NCBI GenBank assembly: GCA_000697335.1
Contig: JNEM01010494.1
Span: 62,001 to 126,000 of the forward strand
Direction: 5' to 3'
Origin: Conidiobolus incongruus B7586
Taxonomy: Eukaryota
Length of the DNA stretch: 64,000 nucleotides
Part shown: positions 14,310-26,125 of the stretch, one piece after another
Layout: every line of letters begins with the position of its first letter
Numbering within the stretch: position 1 is the first letter of the stretch
Position numbers and translations under genes: made by a program
Notes under the pieces: model-generated
What the model was told of the DNA's origin: nothing
What the model saw: only the letters and a program-made list of their open reading frames with translations
Database searches by the model: none

Positions 14310-14699
14310 TCATAGCGTGTATCTTTGAATTATTTGGGCAATTTTCATCTCAAAATCGAAGCAAATATTACAGCCTATTTTATCGTGTGCACAGCATACG
14401 GGCACTTGGTCATCTTTGATGAAGAATTGATCGGTAACCTTAATTGGGGGTCTGTCATCACCCAATACAACCTTAGCAGGGGGTATGATAAGAGGCTCTG
14501 GAGAAGGAATTTGGACCAAATCCATATTAGTATTATTAGACCTTCTGAAATCACAAGCACAGTGATGGCAACATTCTCTTCCGTGGTTTAAGCAAAATTC
14601 GAAATTGTTGATTAGCACCGTCGTAATACCCTTGACTTGACTTATTCTGTTATACTTATTAGCTTCATAATTTGATGTGCTAAACAGTGGCATACCCAT
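14310..14699 (-). CDS. Small hypothetical protein with two C-x2-H-x4-C-x2-C-x(1-2)-DF motifs
   Basis: Intact 129-aa ORF with coding-like GC content against AT-rich flanks; motifs CLNHGRECCHHCACDF and CCAHDKIGCNICFDF. Confidence 0.75.
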   Translation of the reverse strand: MGMPLFSTSNYEANKYNRISQVKGITTVLINNFEFCLNHGRECCHHCACDFRRSNNTNMDLVQIPSPEPLIIPPAKVVLGDDRPPIKVTDQFFIKDDQVPVCCAHDKIGCNICFDFEMKIAQIIQRYTL

Positions 14700-16421
14700 C
14701 TTTAATTATTTTAAGTTATTTTTTAATATGTATTTTTAAATGTAAATTGATTTGATTTTTAATAAAATATATAATTTTAAGGAGATATTCACTCTTTTTA
14801 TATTAATTTTTATCTAAATTTATTCAATGTTTTTTTTGCTCTTTTGTCAAACACAAAGTTTACATTGTATCACCCCAATCTCACCATTTCCCCCTTCGCT
14901 TTAATCTATTGGTTCAATGATTATGGCCCGCTAAATTCAAGGTTACAGCTAATAATCCAACTGGATTCCAGTGGTTTACAAGCTTTCATCTTATTACCAA
15001 TCCATAAGCTCAAAACATCGCCATTCCACGTTATTTTTTATTTAATCATCCATATTATCAATTGAAAATAAAAATTAATGTTATAAGTTATTAGAATCAA
15101 ATTATTTAACCTTGATTTTTAGTTTTTGATATGAGCCCAGTTTAAGAGATATATTTTTATCCCCTATATATATCCAGTATCTCCATTTTGAAACTAGAAT
15201 CTGAACAATTCAGTCAATCAATTATTATATTTTATATTGTTAGACATAACAAATGAAATAGAGTTTTAAAAAATAATAACCTTCAACCTTAAATTCACTA
15301 TTAAATATTTCTGATAATAAAATCCAATGTTCTGTTTAAGTAAAATAGAATTTGCTGAGTAATATTTATTTTTATTATAGATGTGATAATAAAAACTGTA
15401 AATAGTTACTGAATGTATTTTGGTTAGCAGAATAAAATATCCAAAATGATTTGTATTGTGTAGATTAGAATAATAAATATATATCATAGAAAATTAATTA
15501 CTAATTTATTTAATCATCATACTCTCAGCATATAAATAGGCAAAATAAAATTCTTATACTATAAAAATGCAGGTGTTTTAATCACAATTGAACAATATTA
15601 TTAATTCAATTGAAAATCATACACTTTTTTATTACATTTATCAAATTGATAACGAGATTCAATATATTTATATAAAATTAACATATTTTTATACTGATTT
15701 CTTAGCTTGCTTAAATATGATGTAATTATAAAACTTTATTTCTTGTATAAATATTATTTTCTAATTGAAACTGATAATATGATATCAATTTGAAAATTAG
15801 CTGCGATAACTAATAAAGCTTAAATTTTAATTTTATAATTGAATAGTATAATATTTTTCTTATTATATTTGGGTATAAACAATAATTAAAAATAGAAATA
15901 AATGCATTACTTATTACTAATATTTAAAAATACAAAAATCATGTTTTGATATTTCATGAATTGTTTTGAATATGTTTTTTATATATGAAGATTGATTAAA
16001 AAACTCAAATTTATAAATTTGAATTTCAGAATTTTGCAAAATATATCTTTATTATGTGAATATAGTTTAATCTTAAGTATTTATCTCAAAATGGAAAAAT
16101 CTCTGAAATGATATTATACAGTTTGAAAATTTAGTTGTCATATTAAAATATCTTATTAAATAAATAAAATTTTATAATCTGTTAGTTTATAATATTGAAA
16201 TTAATGATATTGGAAATGTACATTTAATTTACTAAATATATTATAAGTTTAAACTCAAAACATGATATTTATTTGTTTTTCACTGATTTGCAATTATTGC
16301 TCAAAAACTTCAAATATGTATTATTATTTGTATACCAAGAACCTATTATTATAAAATGATCTATCTATAGAATATTGAGTTTATTTGAAAATTTGTATTA
16401 ATATTGAAATAAATTTTTTTA

Positions 16422-16868
16422 TGAGGAAAGGATTTATTCGACAACTTATGGGATGACATAATAAAACCGCCGTATCACTTAGTAATTACCAAGTATACGT
16501 AATAGTTACAAAGCATATAGTATATTTCCAATTCATCCAAGTGGATAACCGTAGTAATTCCTGGGACAGGACCCAATTCACTTAATTTCTCGCTAAAGGA
16601 GTATATAAAACAGATGTAGGCAAAAGTAAACAGACATGAGATGGTGATCTTAAAACGAGAAAGAACCAGAGGACACAGGTATACAAAGTGTGGGCAGCCA
16701 CTATGTAAGAAAAGTGACTTGGAGGTTAATAGATCTTCACAGAGCAGTCAAGCTTAGCACATACAATGAAACTCGAGATAGAGGACAAATAACAATCCGG
16801 GACATGTCATAGATAGACAAGCCTTTGAGGTGCCATTATTCGTCGAGTGAGGGTTATAAGAAACCCCA
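16422..16868 (-). other. GC-richer non-coding island; candidate structured ncRNA (alternatively MITE or solo LTR)
   Basis: Sharp compositional boundaries and no ORF of 60 aa or more. Several stems whose G-U pairs work only on the minus strand. TCCCATAA motif about 60 nt upstream on the minus strand. Confidence 0.45.
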
Positions 16869-17347
16869 ATATTGAAATAAAGAGCAAAAGGTTAATTTAT
16901 ATAATTCAATTCCATCAAAATATATTTATGGGATTATAATTATGATGCTGAATGAATTCATTGTAATTTATTATAAAGTTTGACTTTTATAAATTTTTTC
17001 TTTCTTTGAACTTACTGTTCTTAAATTAATTGATATTTTGTGTTTTTACCCCAATTAGGAGGGTGAGTTAATCTTAAATATATATATATACATAAGCAAA
17101 AATATTATCATAAATATTGAATGATCTATTAATTAATTAGTATTATATCTAACTAAAACTAACAATTTTATATCAATAATATAAAATATTTAATTATTAA
17201 ATAGATTGATTTAAATAAAATTGATATTAATCTCAATATTTAGATCAAATAAATTCAATACATTAATATTTAATTACTCGTTTCTTAAAGCATTTATACT
17301 AACATATTTATTATTTTAGTTTCACTTAATATCTACTTTATTTCAAT

Positions 17348-18805
17348 ATGAGTAAGAGTAAGTTATGATCCTATTGTTCAGAATCAAAAAATTAGATCAA
17401 TTTTAAATAAAAAATAGTATTTATTTTTTTGAATTATCGATAGATTCAATAAATCCTAAACTAAATTCAATATTTTGAAAAATTTGTAAAATACTGACTA
17501 ATCCTAATAATTTAGAAAATAAGAAGGGAACTAAGATGGCATTGGCAGACTTCTTGTCTGATCCAAGTAAATTTGCTATAAATTCACTTATCAAACTCAA
17601 AACTGATTTATTTTTAGCCACTGGTTCTTGGGCTGATGAAATGGCTGAATTACCCACTGCTCGTAAGCTTTAGTAAAGATTTTTGATATTTTGTTCTCAT
17701 GCTAATAATTTTCAATTTGGTATAATTTAGCTGCCGCTGTTATTCAAGGTAAGATTCAAATTGTTCAATAACAATATTTATTAATGAGATAATTTAGAAC
17801 CTCGTCCTCCTCGTGACTCTGGTTTTACTCGTCCTGAACCCACTGTAAAACCTCGCAACACCAACATTGAGCTTCCTACCAACCCTCCTTATACTGCATT
17901 CTTTGGTAATCTCTCATTCTCTGTAACTGAGGCTCAAATTGAGAAATTTTTCTCCAATCAAAAAGTATGCACTTTCCGAAACTTTTCATTTACATGCTTT
18001 TTAACTGAATTATTTCATGCTTAGGTTGTTAACGTCCGATTGGTCAAAGGAATGGACAATCGTTCCAAAGGATTTGCCTATGTTGAATTTGCTGATGTTG
18101 AATCCTTAAAATCTGCTCTTGATTTACATGGAACTGTAATTTATTTTAACTATTATTAATTACCTGTACTGAACCCTGAACTTTTAGCAATTGGAAGGTC
18201 GCCCAGTTCATGTTGATGTTGCTGAACGTATGTAATATTTAACTGCTTATTCTCTTCCGCCTAATTCATAATTTAGAACGTCCTCAACGCGAAGATCGTA
18301 CCGCTGGTGCTTGGAGACGCGATGGACCTGTCCGTCCCAAGGAGGAACCCAAAGCCTTTGAAACCGCCGATTCCTGGCGTACAGGTGCTCCTCGTGCTGC
18401 TCCCGCTCGCTCCAACAGTGGTTTTGACCGTAGCGATGCTCCTCCTGCCAACCGCCAAAACTCTGGTCGCTTTGCTTCTGCTCCCAAACCTATTAGTGTT
18501 GCCGACGAAGCCTCTTCTTGGAGACGCTCTGATGCTGGTATTTATAATAAGATACTATGTTTGAGTAACTATTTATAGCCATATTATTTTAGGTGCTCCT
18601 CGTACTACATCTGCTTTTAAGGATTCTTGGCGCTCAAGAGACTTCGGTAAATCAAATTCTCATTCTTTAATATTAAATATTTACATTAATTTTAATAGAT
18701 TCCGCTCGCGAAGACGGAGGACGCAAAGAATTTACTCCTCGTCCCCCCAGAGAACCTAGACCCCCCAAACCTAGTGAAGCTGAAGGCAGCTGGCGTCGTG
18801 CTTAA
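17348..18805 (+). CDS. TIF3: Translation initiation factor eIF4B (multi-exon)
   Basis: MSKKNKKGTKMALADFLSDP-TTGSWADEM N-terminus, RRM (PPYTAFFGNLSF...SKGFAYVEF) and repeated (D/G/S)(S/A)WR units typical of fungal Tif3; stop TAA 18803-18805. Confidence 0.9.
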
Positions 18806-18923
18806 AACCACCATCCATTTAATTCGTTATTCTAGCTCTTATGACTTTTTTTAGTCAATAATATCTCATTTATAGAGCGAAGATATTTTCAATTTATTGT
18901 TAGCATTTAGAATTATAAATATC

Positions 18924-18954
<31 letters not shown>

Positions 18955-21934
18955 CTTTTGCTACATATATGGATCAACCAGCGTTTTTTGAATATTTCAT
19001 TTTTAGTTCATTTTGGATAATTTTTTAATATTTTCTAATATTTTTCAAATGTTGATTTTATATTATGTTCATTTTGATCAAGTTGATTATTAAATATTTC
19101 ATTTAATTATTTGAATATATTTGGAATTTACTTGAGCAATAGAATTGCTGTGATTAGAAGTTTGGTTGAATCATCTCAACCAGTCGATACTTATTTAAAT
19201 TTCTATCTAGATTTAAACATTTTTCAGACACTAATAATTATGATTTAAAATTCTTGATTATTGTTTTGAAATATTTACATTTTCTTCATCATCTCTATCT
19301 ATGAGATAAATGCCATGATATATACGAATATAGTCTCCTATTTCAATTTATTACTTCGATGTAATTATGTTTGGACTTTGAAAAGTTTGAATTCTTTAAA
19401 AATAATGAAAGCAATTTTTGACATGTTTTTGTTAAATTTAATATCATATTATCATGATTAAATAAGCATTACATAAATGTATTTAAAATTATAATTCAAT
19501 AAAAAATAAATTATATTATTTTTGATTTAATAAAATATAATTGAATTAACAACCGTCTTAAATACTTTGTAAAGAGCATGACTAAAATAGAATTACAAGC
19601 TTGAAAGAAAAAAAAATAAAAAATTAGATTTTAATATAGATATATTTAATGTAAAAAGAGAAAAATTACAAATGAGAATATAAATTATCAAAAAAAGGGG
19701 AATACTTTAAATTAGATAAATTATGAGATTTAAATGATAGATGATATGGATAAAGGTAATCAAACATATAAAAAGAATGATAAGGTTATCATATACATAT
19801 ATCAATATTTTCAATTGGTAAATTCTAAGCATCTATACACTTTAGATATGCTACTTTATTTTAATTGGGAGAGGGTCAAACTGAAAATATGACGGTCTTT
19901 TTTTTCAATCCTCCATGATGAAATATATTTTTAATCTTTATTTTAAACTTTTCATCTTTTATATATTATAAAGGTTTTTATAATAGTTTTATTCGATTAT
20001 CCATATGTGTTTATATTTTTCCAGTAATTATTACGTCATAGCTCTTGTGCTAAACTGTAAATGATATATTAAAATTGTGAAATATTGAGATCGACTATAA
20101 TACCCATAATGAACACATATCATTTTGATTAATTTTTTATTAATAAGTTATTATCATTATTTGAATTAATATATGTTTTAAAGAAAATTATATTCTATAA
20201 CCATAAAATATTTGGTTAATGAATTACTTTAAATATTGATAATTATTATTTTATACTAATGTAATTGATTCTTCTTTACTATTATATTGTACATTATATA
20301 TCTTATATCATTGAAAATTATAATCAAACTTGGCTATGAAGTATATAAAATTATGATATAATGATGTTTTTTAATTCATATTTGATTGAAAAGTTTAAAA
20401 CCAGTTACTGATACTATAAATATTATAAATCGTTAAAAACAATTTTTCATATTGATAAGAAAATATTTATTATACTTACATTTACCGAATGCTTACTGTT
20501 AATGTATCAAATATTATTCTTTAAGATTTTTGAATATTAAATGATCCAATCAAAAACCTCCCTTCATTATATCATAACTATAATATTATTTTAAACTCTT
20601 CTTGTATGGAAAAATGAGTAAATGTTGAAGAATCTAAAATGGATAATATAGTAAATCAAGTGTCATACAAGAGCCCTAATTGGTAAGAATTTTCTAGTTA
20701 AAATGAGAATTTTAGCCAATAAATTTTTTTATTAGGAAAAAGCAATATGACTTACAAGCACCATGATTTGATAATGGGAAGTTTCCAAAGTGAATCGGAC
20801 AATTAAGCACAAAAATGTGCTACAAAAGCATATATTAAAAATTTTAAGTAAAATTATAGGAATTCAAAAATTTGACAATAATATTCAATTTATCAAAATT
20901 TAAAGAATCAGATTGTATTCAATATTATGACATTTTATGAATATTAATTAATTAAAAGTAGAATAGAATAAATATATTGTTTTTTAATTTGGTAGTTTTT
21001 TAAAATTTAATATTTTATATAGATATAAAAGATAATAGTCACATGATCATTATGTATTAAATATACTATATTACTTTATTTGCAGTTAATGAAAATTTAA
21101 TTTGCAAATGATTTACTGATATATTTGACATAAAAATGGCTCATAATCTTTTTTATTGAATAGCACATTAGTAAATTCTTTTTTGTTATAATGTTATTCT
21201 GAATACAAATTTAGTTATCTTCTCAAAATATTTATTTGGAATGTTTTTCAAATATAAATTCAATCATTTGTTTAATATTAATATTTAAATTAGTTTTAAT
21301 TACTAATATAAATATCAAAAAGTTAGTTGCATATTTTATTTAATAAAAATTGAGAATAAACAATCAATTAATTATTGAACAAAGTATTTAAATTCATATA
21401 CAATTTCATAATACGCTATATTAGTGATTGTTTGTTATATTTATATAAACGTTAGTGTTATGATTTTATCATTATTATTATTATTATTGTTATTATTAGG
21501 TTCTATATAAGATTGAATTTGTTTATTTATTTTGAATATATATGATGAATGATAGTATTAATAAATGAACCTGATTGAAAGAGGAGAGAATGAGCCAATG
21601 GGCTGAATGGAATAGAATGATTTAATCCAATCAGATGAAAGAATGGACATTTATTAAATGAGTAGAAGAGGAGTATGTAAAACTTGAGATAAATGTAAGT
21701 CGTGGTACATAAAAATGTCAATTATTAAATGAAAATTTCTTCTGACTCATTCAAACGTCCCAATTTCTTTTTTACATTGATTTGGAATCAGCCAAAATTA
21801 ATTCATTCTTTAATATTCTTTCACTCTACTGCCAAAGCATTTATTTTTAAGTAAACTATTCTATTTTAGAAGAATCATCCACCTTATTTAATATTTATCA
21901 ACTCTGTTTTGTACACTTGAATCAAATAATAATA

Positions 21935-22942
21935 ATGAATGCACCTACTGATGACGCTTCAAAAAATAGGTACTTGTTTCAATGGCGTCATATTCATTTT
22001 CTTGCTCACTTCTTTCTTTATAACATTTATAGTGTAGTAATTAAAGTTGGTATGGTTGGCGATTCCCAGATTGGGAAAACAAGTTTAATGGTTAAATATG
22101 TTGAAGGATCTTTTGATGAGGACTATATTCAAACTTTGGGTAAGGAGGATTATTAAATGGTTTTTCACTTTATTTACAGGCTTAATTCATACTTTGATAT
22201 TATTTACTATTGATATTTGATTACAAATATAGATTTTTTTTCGATCTAATTAATTCTATCATGTATATTGTTGATATTAACATTATTCTATTTTAAGGTG
22301 TAAACTTTATGGAAAAAACTATTTCTATTAGAAATACAGAGATCACTTTCTCGATATGGGATCTTGGGGGTAATTCTGACTTGATATTTCTTTATAACTT
22401 GGATGATCTCTAACATTATCATATAGGTCAGAGAGAATTTGTTAACATGCTACCGTTAGTTTGTAATGATGCTGTCGCCATTTTATTTATGTTTGATCTT
22501 TCTCGTAAATCTACTCTTAATAGTATTAAAGAATGGTATAGACAAGCTAGAGGTTTTAATAAGGTACGTTATTATTAACATTATTATCAAGTTATATTCT
22601 CTTTTATTAATTTTATTTATAGACAGCAATTCCATTTTTAGTAGGTACCAAATATGATTATTTTGCCAATTTTGCTCGTGATGAACAAGAAGAAATTACT
22701 AAACAAGTAATCATCACTAATCCTTTTGCTTTTATTGTTATTAATCTTTACATCTTTTTTATTAGGCCAGAAAATTTGCTAAAGCAATGCAAGCTCCCCT
22801 TATTTTCTGCTCTACTTCCCACTCTATCAACGTTCAAAAAGTATTCAAAATTGTATTAAGCAAATGTTTTGACCTCAAGTGTATGATTCCTGAAATATCC
22901 GAGATTGGAGCTCCTATTTTAGAATATGAAGGACTCGAATGA
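21935..22942 (+). CDS. SPG1: Septation/mitotic-exit GTPase Spg1/Tem1
   Basis: [44 protein letters not shown]...[33 protein letters not shown]...VGTKYD...[15 protein letters not shown]; five GT-AG introns. Confidence 0.97.
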
Positions 22943-23481
22943 ATTTATTATTTTAAATCCATTCCTTCACCAAAAAAATTAATTGTAAATTTGTTTTACC
23001 CCCTCCTATTCTCTTTCATCCTCTCGTTTAAGCATAAAATTTTTTTATTTAACTTACGTAATAGCACTTGTTATTGTATTGTTTATCAATCTTTTCTTTT
23101 TAATTATACCATTATGATTATTTTTATTTCAACTGTTCTTTTTTTATTAATTCAGTCACTCAATATTACATAGTTTTAATACAACAAAATTAAAGATTGT
23201 TTCATTCGATTATGTTCCTCATATACTACGTATTCATTCATAATTCAAATTAGCTATATTTTAATTAGTAATAATATTATTAATAAATGTAATTGTTCAT
23301 CATGAAAAAACTATTGATCGAATGATATTTACAATCATTTTATTTTATAATATATTTAATATATCGTCAATGTCAAATTCATTTATCAATATTATATATA
23401 AATATAAAACTTTAATAAGTTTATTTTAAAAATTCGACTGTTTTAAGGATTTATGCAAGTTTAGTAAAACTGAAGTTAATA

Positions 23482-24040
23482 CTATGCAAATTCAGCATAT
23501 TCCATCAAAAAATAACACAACTATAGCTTTATTTTAGAAATAATATATTTTTTAGCAAATGTATTTACCTTCTTTGGGTATTTATCTCTAAATTCAATGA
23601 TCAGTAATTTCGATAACTCGCAATTTCTAAAATTTGATTAAAGTATAGATTCATTAATTTGAATTATTATACCTCTTAAAAATCACGTTATATTTCCCAT
23701 CAATAGCTATTACAGATAAAATTTCTACTTCATCATCTATATCAATTTCGCTTTCATCTGAATCTGGGGATTCTTCAAAATTCTTAATCAAACGACCACA
23801 ATTTCTATTTAAAAATATAATTAATCATTATGAAATTTAAAATTTTATTACTTCAAGTCATCAATTAATTTCCAAGTAGGTTGAGTATAGCCCATCCATT
23901 TAATTAAATAATAAGTTTGATTCTATTTTTGATAAGTGTATACAGATACATTAATATTGATTTATAAGTATTAAATAGACCATTACCTTATGGATTCTTT
24001 TATCTATGATACCATCTACTTCATATTCTTCATTAGACAT
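23482..24040 (-). CDS. Miniature HP1/Swi6-like chromodomain protein, copy 1 (5 exons, ~117 aa)
   Basis: Spliced: MSNEEYEVDGIIDKRIHK-NQTYYLIKWMGYTQPTWKLIDDLK-NCGRLIKNFEESPDSDESEIDIDDEVEILSVIAIDGKYNVIFKR-NCELSKLLIIEFRDKYPKK-LCYFLMEYAEFA*. All introns GT-AG, no stops. Confidence 0.85.
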
Positions 24041-25191
24041 TTTAATCGAATTTGAATAATAAAAAATTGATAATTTTGATCGAATCTTTCATTATTTATA
24101 GTTGAGTTCTAATGATTAATGATGATGAATGTTTTTCTCAGTGTACCTATTTTAATAGTGATTATTCACTATTTTTGAACCGTGATACGACATCAATTAA
24201 TTTACAATTCAAACAACTCAAACTTGCATCATTATTTAATTAATCAGCTTTTTTATCATCAAATTTTCAATTACAATTAAAACCTTGATTAAATTTATAA
24301 ACCTAAATCTAAAATATATTAAATTGACAATATTTTAATTGATATCTTTTCATCTCAGGTCTGATACTTAAAGCTCTATTTCTCTGTCGAAAACATATAA
24401 TTCGAGAGAATAAAAAACAACCAAAAGGATAGTATAGAATCAACTAAAGATACAGTTATCACTAATATAATTTAAATATAGCATGCATATTTCTATATTT
24501 TCTACTGACCAAATCACAATACCGTTATTTTTAATTTCCAAAGCATATTATATTGAAGTTAGATATATAATTTATTATAAAAATTAAAAAATTCTTATTT
24601 AATTTTTTGGGTTATTTTAAAATAAAATACATTTTCAATATAATACTTTTGTATATCAAATATTAAACGCGGTTCATATATTTAAATAAATAGCAATATA
24701 TATTCCAAATTTTATATTAATTTTTCTAAATTTTCCAGAATTAATACCGTTGACTTCAACACATTTTGATTGTAAATATAACATTATTAGAGTTGATATA
24801 AAATCAAAGCTGCAAAAATAAATTTAAAATGAACTGAGTAATAGGAGCAACAAAATTTAGATAAATATAAAATAAATATTTGAAGATATTATTATGAATT
24901 TCTGAATAATATATTTGTTTTTTCCCAACCGGGTGAATCCACAATCTAATCTAATTTGAATATTCGAATATCAAGAATTTGATCAGTATCAACTTATAAT
25001 TTACTCTTAAAAAAGTAAATGTTAATTGCATTTAGAAATAATATCTACTAAATGACTTTTTTATCCTTTTTAATATTAACTAATTATCAAATACAAATAG
25101 GAGATTTAATATAATAACAAATAATAATTTTCTGAAAATATATTATATACTCGTTAAGATATGAATAATAATAAATTGAATTTAAATATAA

Positions 25192-25883
25192 TTAAAATTC
25201 AGCAATTTCAATTAAAAACCAACATAACTACCAAATAATTAATAGAATATTTTTAATATCCAATAATTTTTACCTGTCTAGGATATTTTTCAGAAAATTC
25301 ATTTAAATCTAATAGACACCAATTTTTATCTCTATTACATTTGAGAAATCTATTAATGTAACTTAAATTTTCAACAATACTATACCTTTTAAAAATTATA
25401 TAATATTTTTCATTGATATACTTAATTGAATAAATTATTATTTCTTCTGATAAATCAATATCACTCTCATCAGAGTCTGAAATTTCTTCATCTTGGTTTA
25501 GAGATTTTTCAAATTTTTTAATTAAAAGATCATTATTACTACAAAATATTAGAGGTTAAATAAATTCTAAACTATTTTATATTTCGATTGATTAAAATAA
25601 AAATATAAAAATAATTCTAAATAATTTTTGTAAATTGCAAATTATACTGATTAATATATTGGGAATACTGAAAATTTAACTTATATATATATATATATAT
25701 TTTGGATACTTACAAATTATCAATTGGCTCCCAATTTGGCTTATCATAACCTTTCCATTTAACTAAATAATAAACTTGATCCTATATAAAATGTTAATAA
25801 TGATAGATTATATTGAGGAAATCATTTACTTTGTATAATTTTTTGTCTAATATTCTTTCAACTTCATATTCAATATCAGACAT
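25192..25883 (-). CDS. Miniature HP1/Swi6-like chromodomain protein, copy 2 (5 exons, ~122 aa)
   Basis: Spliced: MSDIEYEVERILDKKLYK-DQVYYLVKWKGYDKPNWEPIDNF-NNDLLIKKFEKSLNQDEEISDSDESDIDLSEEIIIYSIKYINEKYYIIFKR-DKNWCLLDLNEFSEKYPRQ-LCWFLIEIAEF*. Same exon layout as copy 1. Confidence 0.85.
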
Positions 25884-26125
25884 TTCAATTTCAATATCCA
25901 AAAGGTAATATTTTCTGTGGAATTCCTTCAAAATAGTTTTATCTCTGAAAATCATTTTGTATTTTATATATAATTGTTACATTTAGTAAATGCAAAATTA
26001 AATATGAAAATTGGATTATTTATGTTAAATAAGAACAAGATATTATGGTGAATTAAATTATTAATCAAAATGGTAAAATAGTGAATATAATCAATGTTAC
26101 TATAACTAAAGTTTATTTTAATATA

